A stretch of DNA of 64,000 bases from a virus (IMGVR_UViG_3300045988_134250); one strand, 5' to 3'; shown: positions 17,253-27,252, numbered from the stretch's first letter. A program made the numbers and translations. Notes: generated by a model from the sequence alone, not told the origin.

Positions 17253-17501
17253 GTGAGTAATACCGCACGACTACAGCTTGGTTTTTCACCGCTATCAAAA
17301 ACCATCGTGTTGGCAAAAATGCGTGACTTAGGGGATGGAACAAAACGTCGTGTTGGCAATGATCGCGGTCGTGATGTAACCAACGAGGCCGCTCAACTCC
17401 TCTGGCATCTGGTCATGGCAGAAGGCGGTGAAATTAATTGGGAGCTGGATGATGGTTCTCGCATGGTATTGAAGGCAGAAAAGCAGGAACCACCACAGTG
17501 A
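17253..17501 (+). CDS. Hypothetical protein
   Basis: 82-aa ORF in tightly packed rightward array. Confidence 0.4.
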   Translation: MSNTARLQLGFSPLSKTIVLAKMRDLGDGTKRRVGNDRGRDVTNEAAQLLWHLVMAEGGEINWELDDGSRMVLKAEKQEPPQ

Positions 17502-17773
17502 ATATCGACACCACGATAACGCTCGATACGGCCCTAAATACCGGTCTGGCACTTCTTGGTTGGCTTTACATCATGTCCCGTACCTGGCGATGGCTGGGTT
17601 CCATTTTCCTAAAAGAGTGGAAAAAACGGCGCAAACAGGAACTACGCCAGAAGGCATTAGAAGCGTTCTATGACGCATTTGAACTTAGCCGCATTGAACC
17701 AGGCACAACAGCCAGAATAGCGACAAAAGGCGACCTGATGATAGTGATGTTCAGACAGGAGAAAACCAAATGA
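17498..17773 (+). CDS. Hypothetical protein with N-terminal hydrophobic segment
   Basis: 91-aa ORF, 4-nt overlaps on both sides. Confidence 0.4.
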   Translation: MNIDTTITLDTALNTGLALLGWLYIMSRTWRWLGSIFLKEWKKRRKQELRQKALEAFYDAFELSRIEPGTTARIATKGDLMIVMFRQEKTK

Positions 17774-17994
17774 CAGAACAGACGATGACAAATCGCGAAC
17801 TTGTTGATGCCGCGATTGAACTTGCTGGCGATTTTTATTCCATGATGGGGTACACGCATCGCCCAGGCTTCAAATATTGGGAGTCTCCGCACCCGCAAGA
17901 GCAACGGGTATTTCAAATGGCCTGCCGCGCTTTTGAAGTTATTCGCGGTTCTGATGTGATGGACGCGGTTGCTGATTTGGAGGATGAAGAGTGA
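17770..17994 (+). CDS. Hypothetical protein
   Basis: 74-aa ORF, 4-nt overlaps. Confidence 0.4.
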   Translation: MTEQTMTNRELVDAAIELAGDFYSMMGYTHRPGFKYWESPHPQEQRVFQMACRAFEVIRGSDVMDAVADLEDEE

Positions 17995-18302
17995 ACACAA
18001 TTAAAGAAATGCCGGTAGAACGTGATGAATATGGCTGCTGGACACATCCGGAGTATGAGAAGTTTTGCGCAGGTCGTGAATATATTTCCACTGAGGAATT
18101 TGACGCCTGGATGAAGGAAAATAATCTTCAGTGGACTATTCGCAGTATGGATGAAGATGATTTTGATCTGGACGCAGCTGGTCCCGATATTGCCGCCTGG
18201 GAACCGGAGCGACCAGAGGGTGAAGGCTGGTTTGTTGGCTCTATTCATGACACTGAAGATGGTCCGGTTTGTATCTGGCTGCGTGAGAAGGTTGCCGCAT
18301 GA
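17991..18302 (+). CDS. Hypothetical protein
   Basis: 103-aa acidic ORF, 4-nt overlaps. Confidence 0.4.
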   Translation: MNTIKEMPVERDEYGCWTHPEYEKFCAGREYISTEEFDAWMKENNLQWTIRSMDEDDFDLDAAGPDIAAWEPERPEGEGWFVGSIHDTEDGPVCIWLREKVAA

Positions 18303-18991
18303 CCCAGGCTCTGCATGAAGTGAATTTATATAGCCGTATTGATGGTTCTGGCTATAGAAACATATGGGTTGTTGGTGATCTGCATGGTTGCTACACCAGA
18401 CTGATGTCCGAACTCCATCGTGTGGATTTTGACCCGGCGCAGGATTTACTGATATCGGTTGGCGACCTTATCGATCGCGGTACTGAAAATGTCGAATGTC
18501 TGGAACTATTGCAGATGCCCTGGTTCAGGGCAGTAATGGGGAACCATGAGCGGTTGATGCTTGATGCGTTAAGTCCTGATGGCAACGTGAATAACTGGCT
18601 AATGAATGGCGGACAATGGTTCTTCATGCTGGACACTGATCAGGAAATATTAGCCAAGGCGCTGGTGGAGCTGGTAAAGCGTCTGCCATATATCATTGAG
18701 TTGAACACCGGGCATGAAACTATCGTTATAGCCCATGCCGACTATCCAGGTGGAGAGTACCAGTTCGGTAAGGATGTGTCGCTTTTTGATGTTGTCTGGT
18801 CGCGCAGTCGCGTCGGTGATTCGATAGATGGCATTGGTGGAGAAATCACAGGCGCAGATCGCTTTATCTTTGGGCACACACCGGTACGAAGACCAAAAGC
18901 ATACTGGAATCAGCACTACATAGACACGGGCGCGGTTTTTAGCGGAAATCTGACGCTAATGCAGGTGAAGGGAGGGCAGCTTAAAGTCTGA
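18299..18991 (+). CDS. ppp: Ser/Thr protein phosphatase (lambda PPase family)
   Basis: 230 aa; metallophosphatase motifs GDLHG, GDLIDRG, GNHE, and later GH; P1 encodes a homologous phosphatase. Confidence 0.75.
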   Translation: MTQALHEVNLYSRIDGSGYRNIWVVGDLHGCYTRLMSELHRVDFDPAQDLLISVGDLIDRGTENVECLELLQMPWFRAVMGNHERLMLDALSPDGNVNNWLMNGGQWFFMLDTDQEILAKALVELVKRLPYIIELNTGHETIVIAHADYPGGEYQFGKDVSLFDVVWSRSRVGDSIDGIGGEITGADRFIFGHTPVRRPKAYWNQHYIDTGAVFSGNLTLMQVKGGQLKV

Positions 18992-19037
18992 TCAAATCAT
19001 TTACGCACTCAAAATTACGTTAGAACATTGATTTTAG

Positions 19038-19047
19038 TTTTCTAACA
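19038..19047 (+). promoter_or_regulatory. TTTTCTAACA motif copy
   Basis: gttttctaacatatt 43 bp upstream of ATG 19090; degenerate copy cgttagaaca at 19018-19027. Confidence 0.4.
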
Positions 19048-19089
19048 TATTATTTTACCGATCGGAACAAAACAGAGTCGGTATGCATT

Positions 19090-20085
19090 ATGAGTGCAAT
19101 AATCACCCCATATGTCGTAAATGAAACTGGTGTGGCTGTCTTTCCTGTAGATAAGCCCACCAGCAATTACATCGGCGCAGGACGCCGTTTTCTTATATCC
19201 CCATTGCCGCGTGAACAGGCTGAAAACACCCCTGATGGTGTCGTTGACCTGAATTATTCACTGGTTGCCAACCAGTCACTGGCACCCTTTTTTCAAAGTG
19301 AGCGCGTATTTAACGCGTTAGGTGGTGAGGATTCTCTCGTTCACTGGGTTAGCACCAACATTCACGATTGCCAGGTGCATGATAAGCGCGATTGCAGCCA
19401 CCAGCTAACCACCCATTTCTATAACGGTTCTGCCGTTCGCCTGTGCTGGAAGCATGATGCGGAATACATGATGAAGGGATACGGCAAGCTGGAAGACCAA
19501 CTGTCACTGAATCGCGCCAACTGGATTATGAACTGGGCTGCCAGCGAGTTAAAACTTCCGCCAGATCGCGATCTGAGCATGGTTGAACTCACCTTTTGGG
19601 CCATTCGCCGGAATCTTAAAGACGAACTGCCTGATGAAGCTGGTCGCATTGCATTTTGTCAGCCAAAAACTGAAATCCCTACCGGCACTCTGAAAGAGTC
19701 GGATATTACTTGGGAGCATAGTACCCGCGAGCTGGTGGATATTTCCGCAGAGCAGATCGTCAATCTGTCCGTCGATGAAGATTCTGGCCTCCTATATATG
19801 CGCCGTCCAAAAACCTTACTCGGAAAAAGCCCGGCTTATCTCCGGTTTGTGGTGTCTCGCCCGTGTGTAGGCTGCGGCGGCAAGGTTAATCACCCATTCA
19901 TGTACCGCGCCCGCTCGTTAAACGAACACGACCGCTGGACTGTTCCTCTTTGCGATGACTGCGCCAGAAGCGCAGAAAACGATGTCCGGGCATGGGAAAA
20001 AGCACATGGCATACGCCTTTACGTAGCCGCTAACCAGCTTTTCGACTTCGCCATTGAGCGCGGAGTGATCACGTTCAATAACTGA
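19090..20085 (+). CDS. Hypothetical protein with C-terminal Cys/His zinc-binding (HNH-like) motif
   Basis: 331 aa; C-terminal RPCVGCGGKVNHPF...HDRWTVPLCDDCARS. Confidence 0.45.
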   Translation: MSAIITPYVVNETGVAVFPVDKPTSNYIGAGRRFLISPLPREQAENTPDGVVDLNYSLVANQSLAPFFQSERVFNALGGEDSLVHWVSTNIHDCQVHDKRDCSHQLTTHFYNGSAVRLCWKHDAEYMMKGYGKLEDQLSLNRANWIMNWAASELKLPPDRDLSMVELTFWAIRRNLKDELPDEAGRIAFCQPKTEIPTGTLKESDITWEHSTRELVDISAEQIVNLSVDEDSGLLYMRRPKTLLGKSPAYLRFVVSRPCVGCGGKVNHPFMYRARSLNEHDRWTVPLCDDCARSAENDVRAWEKAHGIRLYVAANQLFDFAIERGVITFNN

Positions 20086-20098
20086 TGGGAGCAATGCA

Positions 20099-20392
20099 AT
20101 GAGTCAAGGTAATGGTGACGGAGCTGCAAAGTGCAGAATCTCCACTTGTTTGATTAATGACAAAAAAATAGAACCGTGCGCGGCGTTGGCACAATCTCTG
20201 GAGCAGGATGCTGAATACACGACGCGGAAAGGTCTGCTGAAATACAAAATCTATAACCATGAATTAATTCATTCACAAGACCTGATCATGCTGCGGTCTG
20301 GTGAATTTTCTAAATCGCCTATTCGAGTTTCATTTTGCCCATTCTGTGGTGAAAGTCTGAAAACGTGGGAAGCGGAGGCAACCAGTGAATAA
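20099..20392 (+). CDS. Hypothetical protein
   Basis: 97-aa ORF; CxxC...CxxC pattern (CRISTCL...CPFCG). Confidence 0.4.
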   Translation: MSQGNGDGAAKCRISTCLINDKKIEPCAALAQSLEQDAEYTTRKGLLKYKIYNHELIHSQDLIMLRSGEFSKSPIRVSFCPFCGESLKTWEAEATSE

Positions 20393-21029
20393 CCGCTTTT
20401 ACATGATGTGCTTGCGTGAAACTGTGGGTAATAACGCCTCATTCCATTGCCATAACGGCAATGGTTACAGTTCTGATATCGATCGCGCTCATATTTACAC
20501 GCTGGAAGAAGCCCAAAAAGCCTGGAATTGTGGGCGAGATATCGATCAGCCTGTTTGTGCCGATAGTGTGGATGCAATGGCTGTGTGGCACGTTGATTGC
20601 CAGTACATCCCTACAGAAAGCCTGATTGAGTCAGATTGCACTGAGTATGTGGCCTACAAAAAAGGTAGCTGGAACGGCAACGATGTTTACTGGCTTCAAC
20701 ACGGTGGATTGCCAACAGATGACTTCAGTAAAGCGACCATCTTTAGCTTCGCCAACAAAAACGAACCAGGAATAGTTTGGTTGCCATTTTCCATTGCTGA
20801 TGCAGCAAAGCGCCGGACGTTCAATATCAATAACTTTAACCGCAGAACAATGGTTCAGGGCGCAGGTTTGGTCATGCCTGACTGGTTGAAAGAGCAGAAC
20901 AGAAGAAAGAAGTCGCGAAGCGGGAAGGTGCGTTGGAATTGTCCGCATTGCGGAAAAATAACCTGGCAGTACAGCCCATATGATTTTGAAGGCTGTCGTG
21001 ATTACAACTGTGAAGGATGGCGAGAATGA
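20385..21029 (+). CDS. Hypothetical protein with C-terminal zinc-ribbon-like motif
   Basis: 214 aa; NCPHCGK...GCRDYNCEGW. Confidence 0.45.
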   Translation: MNNRFYMMCLRETVGNNASFHCHNGNGYSSDIDRAHIYTLEEAQKAWNCGRDIDQPVCADSVDAMAVWHVDCQYIPTESLIESDCTEYVAYKKGSWNGNDVYWLQHGGLPTDDFSKATIFSFANKNEPGIVWLPFSIADAAKRRTFNINNFNRRTMVQGAGLVMPDWLKEQNRRKKSRSGKVRWNCPHCGKITWQYSPYDFEGCRDYNCEGWRE

Positions 21030-21739
21030 CAATTGACTATCAGGTACTGCGTGAGGCGGCAGAAAAGGCAACACCAGACGAATGGGTCGCATTTATTTCG
21101 ACGGATACTGGTACTTATGCGGTGCACACGCCCGGTGATGAACGATGTGAAGACGTTATCAAATGGACCGGCTTTGATGGACAGAAAAATGCAGAGAACA
21201 ACGCTCGTTATGTTGCCGCGTTCAACCCAAAGGTTGCACTGGAGCTTCTTGGTGAAATTAAGCGCCTGGAGGACACAAATATTGATGCTATGTGTCGAAT
21301 TGCAGAGCTTGAGACTAATCTCGCGGCGCTGGCGGCGGAGAATGAACTGGCTCGTAAGGCAGTTCAGGCATTCTGCGATGTTGTTGGCGACAACACCGAG
21401 GTTATCGCTGAGGAGGTTGGGCGAGATGGCGTTCTGGTTATTTTGGAGGCCATGAAGGCAACAGGAAATATGCCAGCCACCGATGCTTTTCTGGCTGAAA
21501 TTCGTGCGGAAGCACGCAACGAGGGAGTTAACTATACCGCCAGCCGTCTTGCTGCTGCGTTCAATCACGGATTTATCAATAAGTCTTTGCGTGAAGTTTT
21601 CGACGTTACACGCATGATTTTGTCAGCGAAAGAAGAGTTGGCTAATGAAGCGCATCCGATTGATGGCCTGTCTGGTGAATATGCGGAGAAATCCCTTGAA
21701 GAATGGGCGGAACAGATTCGCAAAGGAGCTGACAAGTGA
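21017..21739 (+). CDS. Coiled-coil protein, paralogous family member
   Basis: 240 aa; N-terminal MTIDYQVLREAAEKATPDEW parallels 22675 gene; AALAAEN segment shared with 16746 and 22143 genes. Confidence 0.5.
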   Translation: MARMTIDYQVLREAAEKATPDEWVAFISTDTGTYAVHTPGDERCEDVIKWTGFDGQKNAENNARYVAAFNPKVALELLGEIKRLEDTNIDAMCRIAELETNLAALAAENELARKAVQAFCDVVGDNTEVIAEEVGRDGVLVILEAMKATGNMPATDAFLAEIRAEARNEGVNYTASRLAAAFNHGFINKSLREVFDVTRMILSAKEELANEAHPIDGLSGEYAEKSLEEWAEQIRKGADK

Positions 21740-22146
21740 AGAAGATGATTTTTATCGCGGCATTGTTGGTGAATATCCAACAAGTGCATGCTTCAGCAGC
21801 TATTGTAGCCTCTACCGCCGCGACTACGGCTGCTGTAGCTGCTGCGAACTCTGCGAATATCGCAAACCAACAGGCACAGCGTGCTGCTAATGCATCAGCC
21901 AGCGTTCACTCAATCACCATTAAGAGCAGTAAGCAAAATCTGGGATTCATAACGTGCGGCACGCGTTCTAATGAAGCTGTAGGTTCACTTGGATGTACGG
22001 TATATGGGGGTAGTGAGAATAGAGAAATTCCATGGAAAACGTGGCCCGGATACGTTCTTGGCTCGAAGCTCCCGGCCAGTTATGAAGTAAACGCCGTATC
22101 GTTTGATCACTATAACGGCGTGGCAACGGTCTATTTTGCATATTGA
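21736..22146 (+). CDS. Secreted protein of unknown function
   Basis: 136 aa; signal peptide MKKMIFIAALLVNIQQVHA. Confidence 0.5.
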   Translation: MKKMIFIAALLVNIQQVHASAAIVASTAATTAAVAAANSANIANQQAQRAANASASVHSITIKSSKQNLGFITCGTRSNEAVGSLGCTVYGGSENREIPWKTWPGYVLGSKLPASYEVNAVSFDHYNGVATVYFAY

Positions 22147-22688
22147 GGCTCCGCATGAAATTCTCCAAATTTTCTGAGTTGGTGAATCGTATTTTGTTGA
22201 ATCGTATTTTGTCCAACAACCACAGCCATCGTCGCGATATGGATGTAACGATCGTTGTTCATTCGCCTGGCAGCATTGGTTCAACACCCTCAGTTGAGGT
22301 TCAGTCAATTCACGCTGGTTTTGATTGGGATTCCGGGAAAGTGCTGATTTTCCCAGCACAGCCACTGACCACTCTAACACCAGAACAGATTACTGATATT
22401 ACTGATAGTGTGCGCAAAGGTCAGTCCTGGCACGCATATCAGGAATACAAGAAGCATAAAGAGCAGTTGGAAAAATTATCGATTGAACTTGATACCGCAA
22501 AACAGCGCATTGCAGAGCTGGAGAGCAATCGCGCGGCGCTGGCGGCGGAGCATGGTATTCAGATTGCAATAAATGAACTGCTTGCTCTGGCCCCGCGTCT
22601 GGATAAACGAGCGGTGGATGCACTCTCTGTGGCTGTGGAGCACCTGTGTAAACTGATTAAGAAGGAGGCAGTCAGTGAGCAAAATTAA
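22143..22688 (+). CDS. Coiled-coil protein, paralogous family member
   Basis: 181 aa; RIAELESNRAALAAEH segment. Confidence 0.45.
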   Translation: MRLRMKFSKFSELVNRILLNRILSNNHSHRRDMDVTIVVHSPGSIGSTPSVEVQSIHAGFDWDSGKVLIFPAQPLTTLTPEQITDITDSVRKGQSWHAYQEYKKHKEQLEKLSIELDTAKQRIAELESNRAALAAEHGIQIAINELLALAPRLDKRAVDALSVAVEHLCKLIKKEAVSEQN

Positions 22689-23313
22689 TTACCAGGCACT
22701 GCGTGAGGCGGCAGAGAAAGCAACGTGGGGAGACTGGGACTCATATAAACCACACCGTGGCGCACGTGGTTATAAGGTCCGACTAAGTGGTCAGGCCATT
22801 GCGCAACACGTTCTGAAAAACAACGCTGAATTTATTGCTGCCTTTAATCCAAAGGTTGCTTTGGCATTACTGGATGAACTGGAAAGAAACCAGCAATACA
22901 TCAAATCTCGCGACCAGGAGAACGAGGATATTGCGCTTACGGTAGGGAAGCTGCTAATCGAAAACGGCCGGCTTGTTGCCGATACGCTACGCCACTTAGC
23001 TGATAACGAAATCGACTCTGATTATTTTGCTATCACCTCAACGAATGAGAACGGTACTGAAATTGATCATGAGATGGCTATTACCGATTACGCACTGCAA
23101 GCTGCCGGAACTGTAGACGAATTGGTTGCGGCGTTGGAATCCGCAGAGAAGCGCATTGCAGAACTGGAAGCACGGGAAATATCGCTCCCAGAACGTAGCA
23201 GCATGCTTCATCGAACAGATTTTCACGAGGATTACCAAACGGTAATGGCATACAAAGTTTCTGAAGTCATCGATGCAATCCGCGCTACTGGCATTCGCAT
23301 CAAAGGAGAGTGA
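22675..23313 (+). CDS. Hypothetical protein, paralogous family member
   Basis: 212 aa; N-terminal MSKINYQALREAAEKATWGDW. Confidence 0.45.
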   Translation: MSKINYQALREAAEKATWGDWDSYKPHRGARGYKVRLSGQAIAQHVLKNNAEFIAAFNPKVALALLDELERNQQYIKSRDQENEDIALTVGKLLIENGRLVADTLRHLADNEIDSDYFAITSTNENGTEIDHEMAITDYALQAAGTVDELVAALESAEKRIAELEAREISLPERSSMLHRTDFHEDYQTVMAYKVSEVIDAIRATGIRIKGE

Positions 23314-23314
23314 G

Positions 23315-23725
23315 ATGAACGCTATAACCAAAGAACGTATCAAATTATTCATTAAAAATCCGCTTGATAACGGACTTACTCGTGGCGAACAAATGGAACT
23401 GGCACGAATTGCTCTGGCATCGCTGGAAGCAGAGGCAGTTATGTTCTGTATATCAGGACAAAATGTAGATTCAGAAGAACATGTATCAACCAGCAAAGCG
23501 GTTGTTGATGCCTGGGTTGAAGAATGGAATCAGGTTGACGGAAGTCCTGGCGAACCACTGTACAAAACTATGCCACTCTACTATCACGCTGCCTTGCCAG
23601 CGCCGGTAGTGCCGGATGAAATGTATTGGCAGGATGCGCCAGTTGAAGGCAGCAGCAAAGCGGCTGCATACGCTACAGGCTGGAACGCCTGCCGCGCCGC
23701 TATGCTTCATGGGAAAGGAGAGTGA
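23315..23725 (+). CDS. Hypothetical protein, N-terminal paralog of 24001 gene
   Basis: ATG 23315 with RBS aaaggagag (track gave 23273); MNAITKERIKLFIKNPLDNGLTRGEQMELARIALASLEA. Confidence 0.5.
   Translation: MNAITKERIKLFIKNPLDNGLTRGEQMELARIALASLEAEAVMFCISGQNVDSEEHVSTSKAVVDAWVEEWNQVDGSPGEPLYKTMPLYYHAALPAPVVPDEMYWQDAPVEGSSKAAAYATGWNACRAAMLHGKGE
23327..23433 (+). repeat. ~105-bp direct repeat, copy A
   Basis: accaaagaacgtat-aaattattcattaaaaatccgcttga...ctggcatcgctggaagcaga, about 90% identical to 24013-24119. Confidence 0.7.
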
Positions 23726-23726
23726 T

Positions 23727-23990
23727 ATGGCAACTTTAACAAAAAAAGAACGGGCATGGTTGAACGAATTACAGGACGTTCTTGATCGCTGCCCATCACC
23801 GAAAAAAATTGGTTTTTACACCATTGGCGATAAAAGCATTTACCTGTATGACCTGCGCCGCATGGATGAAATCATGGAGACTCTTGATAATCGTTCGTCG
23901 ATGGATTGGTGTGTTGCTGTTCATGATATGAATGCAGGGTTTGATGAAAAGATTTTGTTCCCCTCATCAGTTGAAAGCACTGCGGGTTAA
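23727..23990 (+). CDS. Hypothetical protein
   Basis: ATG 23727 with RBS ggaaaggag (track 23616 start is inside previous gene); MATLTKKERAWLNELQ... Confidence 0.45.
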   Translation: MATLTKKERAWLNELQDVLDRCPSPKKIGFYTIGDKSIYLYDLRRMDEIMETLDNRSSMDWCVAVHDMNAGFDEKILFPSSVESTAG

Positions 23991-24000
23991 GGAGTAACAC

Positions 24001-25521
24001 ATGACCACTATTACCAAAGAACGTATTGAATTGTTCATTAAAAATCCGCTTGAAAACGGGCTTACCCGTGGTGAACAAATGGAACTGGCACGGATTGCGC
24101 TGGCATCGCTGGAAGCAGATCCAGTTAAACGAGTTAACTCAGATCAGATGCGCCGAGTCTGCTTAGAAGCTAATCGCCATTTAGATAAATATGACGCGAT
24201 GGCGAAAGAGGTAAATAAGTTGCTTGGACGCATCGCCCCGCCAGCGCCGGTAGTGCCGGAAGAAGCAACTCCGGAAAACGTAGAAATGCTCTCTGGCTAT
24301 GTTTCCACGTACAAATTAACCGATAGCGAGCGCGATATTGCTGCCGAAATATGGAACGCCTGCCGCACCGCCATGCTTCAGTCCGGAAACTTTCGGGAAA
24401 GCAAGAATTCGTCAACCAATAATTTTCGGGAAATCGCGGAAACGTCAACCAACTATCCGGTAATTCCTAGTGAGGTGTTGTCAGCAATCCTGAAGTTTGC
24501 CAGAGTTCGTGCCGATTTCGATGATTTTGACGGTGACAGGCGAGGTATCGGTGATTGTCTGGATGAGGCCGAGCAAGAGCTTATCGTTACCATTAACAAA
24601 TATGCCAGTCAGTTGGCAGCAGAACCGATAGCGACTAATGACGTTCGAGAGCAAACAGCCGTTCCGCCAATACAGGCTGATGTCGCGCAAGCAATTGAAA
24701 ATCTCAAGCAGAAGTTAGTGGAATGCAATCGCTATAACTACTGCGCAGATGCAGTTAAAGGCGTAGAGGATGCCAGCCGCGTCTTGGCACTCCAAAATCA
24801 AAATATGTCAGCACCGGTAACGCCGGAGGCCATTGAAAACGCAATTGAATATATCCGCAGTATCGCTTTTCACATCGATGAAGACGATTACCACGGCAAG
24901 CATATTGCGTATTTCATGCGACAAGCATTGGCCTGGCTGGAAGGGCATTCATGCAGCGACGACAGGCTGGGTAAGGCCGACAATCAACCCGCATCTGGTA
25001 ACCAGTCTGCCGAATCCAATCGCGGTAATGAGTGGACCGGCAATCCTGATATTGATAACGCCATCATCATGCTCGACCGCATAGATACGGCGGAAAGTTG
25101 CGATGATGACCGTATTGAGGCCGTTAAGGCTGTGTTGCGTAGACTGGCAGGCAACTATCCGGATATTCCGGATAGTTCGGTGCCAGCGCCAGGAAAGGGC
25201 GTCACCGGTGAACGTATCCGCATTAAGCCGCATGTTTATCGCGAACTGGTTAACCGTCTCCACGATACAGCGATCAAGTGTGCTGGCACCCAGCAATTAC
25301 GAGAAAGAATTAGCCGTGTTTTGGGCGACGTTATTACACCAGATCATCATAAACAAGCCGAGAAAAGTGGCCTGGAAAGGTGTCGCCTTGAGGCGGCATT
25401 AAACATTAAGCCGGGGCATACGCTTGGCATTATTGATGCACTATTGGTTCATAAGATGGCCAGGGCTTTATTGCCGCTGGTGGCTGAAAAGCATGAGGTG
25501 GACCATGCCAACGAAAGCTGA
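24001..25521 (+). CDS. Hypothetical protein (506 aa), N-terminal paralog of 23315 gene
   Basis: MTTITKERIELFIKNPLENGLTRGEQMELARIALASLEA; also shares PAPVVP and WNACR.AML segments. Confidence 0.5.
   Translation: MTTITKERIELFIKNPLENGLTRGEQMELARIALASLEADPVKRVNSDQMRRVCLEANRHLDKYDAMAKEVNKLLGRIAPPAPVVPEEATPENVEMLSGYVSTYKLTDSERDIAAEIWNACRTAMLQSGNFRESKNSSTNNFREIAETSTNYPVIPSEVLSAILKFARVRADFDDFDGDRRGIGDCLDEAEQELIVTINKYASQLAAEPIATNDVREQTAVPPIQADVAQAIENLKQKLVECNRYNYCADAVKGVEDASRVLALQNQNMSAPVTPEAIENAIEYIRSIAFHIDEDDYHGKHIAYFMRQALAWLEGHSCSDDRLGKADNQPASGNQSAESNRGNEWTGNPDIDNAIIMLDRIDTAESCDDDRIEAVKAVLRRLAGNYPDIPDSSVPAPGKGVTGERIRIKPHVYRELVNRLHDTAIKCAGTQQLRERISRVLGDVITPDHHKQAEKSGLERCRLEAALNIKPGHTLGIIDALLVHKMARALLPLVAEKHEVDHANES
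24013..24119 (+). repeat. ~105-bp direct repeat, copy B
   Basis: Near-identical to 23327-23433. Confidence 0.7.
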
Positions 25522-25789
25522 ATTACAGGTGCGCGTAGATGAGCTTGAAAAAGAGAACGCGAGCCTCAAAAAAATGCTGTCGCGGGCGGAAAGGGAATTA
25601 TCAGGCAAATTATTGCCAGAAGAACTGCCACCAGCAGATATACCTGATCGAGTGTCCTGGTGGATGAAGTATTTCCGTGCACCGTGGGAGGCGTTTTGGT
25701 GCTACGACCATCGCAGATGGTGTGATGAGCTTGATAGCAGTTTCCCCTATTTTGCAGAAGGGAACTCTTGCCCTGAATGTAGGCGTTAA
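25505..25789 (+). CDS. Small Cys-rich protein, paralog of next gene
   Basis: ATG 25505 (track 25424); WEAFWCYDHRRWCDELDSSFPYFAEGNSCPECRR. Confidence 0.45.
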   Translation: MPTKAELQVRVDELEKENASLKKMLSRAERELSGKLLPEELPPADIPDRVSWWMKYFRAPWEAFWCYDHRRWCDELDSSFPYFAEGNSCPECRR

Positions 25790-26094
25790 TGATGACCGGC
25801 GAGCTTTATTTTAAAATGGCACGGGAGCGGCGTGTGCATCTGGATCGGATATTTCATCTCCAGAAGAGAGTAGAAGAACTGGAACGTCGTCTGAACTGTT
25901 ATCCTGTTGATATGGTGTCTGCAATACCGCCGATTCCAATAGAAATGCAGATCCGCCTATGGATGGAAGAATATGGAATGCCGTGGGAGATATTTTTCTG
26001 CTTCGACCATAAACAGTGGGTAGATGAGCTGGATAATAGTTTCCCATATTTCACAGAGAACACATGCCCAGTATGCAGGAAGAACGGAATATGA
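25789..26094 (+). CDS. Small Cys-rich protein, paralog of previous gene
   Basis: 101 aa; WEIFFCFDHKQWVDELDNSFPYFTENTCPVCRK; TAATG start overlap. Confidence 0.45.
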   Translation: MMTGELYFKMARERRVHLDRIFHLQKRVEELERRLNCYPVDMVSAIPPIPIEMQIRLWMEEYGMPWEIFFCFDHKQWVDELDNSFPYFTENTCPVCRKNGI

Positions 26095-26615
26095 CAAAAT
26101 TTGGAAAGCTGGAAGCTCATTTGCTAACTCGCAACTACCGCCATGATATACACCCATATAGACAGTGGATCGATGAAAGCGAAGGAGTAGTTACATTCCC
26201 TCTCTACAGGTTTGATGGGATGTTGGCTGGGTATCAGACATATAGACCAGGTGCACCTAAGCAGCATAGCAATCCGAAGATGGCCCGGTATTTCACGCGA
26301 TCACACGGCAGACAGTTACTTTGGGGAACCTATCTTCCTTTAAAAGATGGCCCAATATGGATAACTGAGTCTATTTTTAAGAGCGCAGCTGTACACAACG
26401 CGGGCGGCAATTCGTGGGCGCTGTTAGGTTCAACTTTCTCCGCAGGATTACGCCGTCAACTTGCGATGCTGCCGTATGACTTTCGCGTAATAGGTGACAA
26501 TGATGCGGCTGGTGAATCACTTGTGAAGTCTTTCGGAAAAGGTTTTGTGGCCCCGGATCTTGACGAGCTACAACCACATGAAGTGTCTCATTTGATTTTT
26601 AGCCATAGCCAATAA
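26091..26615 (+). CDS. Hypothetical protein
   Basis: ATG 26091 with RBS aggaag (track 26064); contains VIGDNDAAG (Toprim-like DxD?). Confidence 0.4.
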   Translation: MTKFGKLEAHLLTRNYRHDIHPYRQWIDESEGVVTFPLYRFDGMLAGYQTYRPGAPKQHSNPKMARYFTRSHGRQLLWGTYLPLKDGPIWITESIFKSAAVHNAGGNSWALLGSTFSAGLRRQLAMLPYDFRVIGDNDAAGESLVKSFGKGFVAPDLDELQPHEVSHLIFSHSQ

Positions 26616-26823
26616 GCATCTCTCCCCTTTGAGGTCACAATTAGTGGCCTTAAACAATGTGTTTTCTACCTCGATTTAGCCTTTATTATCGTTTTGCATT
26701 TCTCTAATCCGGGCAACGAGGTTACGCTGATTCGTTGGTGATGAATAGTAGCAAAGCGCACAAAATCATCTGCGGTGGTTGATGTACGTAACGCGTTTGC
26801 ACCAAATGTGTCTCTTTAATGTA

Positions 26824-26843
26824 TACTGTATAAATGAACAGTA
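26824..26843 (+). promoter_or_regulatory. LexA box (SOS operator)
   Basis: tactgtataaatgaacagta matches CTGT-N8-ACAG; 20 bp upstream of humD ATG. Confidence 0.75.
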
Positions 26844-26862
26844 TTATTGAGGTGAAAACGCT

Positions 26863-27252
26863 ATGGGCTTCCCTTCTCCTGCGGCGGACTATGTTGAAAG
26901 CCGAATTTCTCTTGATCAGCAACTAATCAGGCATCCATCAGCGACATACTTCATGCGGGCGGCAGACAGCCATCACCGTGAGGGAATATTGCAGGGTGCT
27001 TTGCTGGTGGTTGATTCTTCGCTTACTCCAGTTGATGGTTCGCTGCTTGTGTGCGCTATGGAGGGAGAATATCGCGTAAAAAGATACCGGAAGTATCCGC
27101 GCCAGCACCTGGAGGATTTAAGCACCGGGAAGAAAGAGGCGTTACCAGTAGATGACGATGGTTACACGGGTAGTAATGCTGTTTTTGGTGTGATCACCCA
27201 CATTATCAATGACGCCAGGGGCGGTGAATTTGATGATAGTCCTGCTATATGA
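26863..27252 (+). CDS. humD: UmuD'-like protein (pre-processed UmuD homolog)
   Basis: 129 aa; begins MGFPSPAADYVESRISLDQQLIRHPSATYF, aligning with E. coli UmuD from Gly25 (the RecA-mediated cleavage product). Confidence 0.75.
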   Translation: MGFPSPAADYVESRISLDQQLIRHPSATYFMRAADSHHREGILQGALLVVDSSLTPVDGSLLVCAMEGEYRVKRYRKYPRQHLEDLSTGKKEALPVDDDGYTGSNAVFGVITHIINDARGGEFDDSPAI

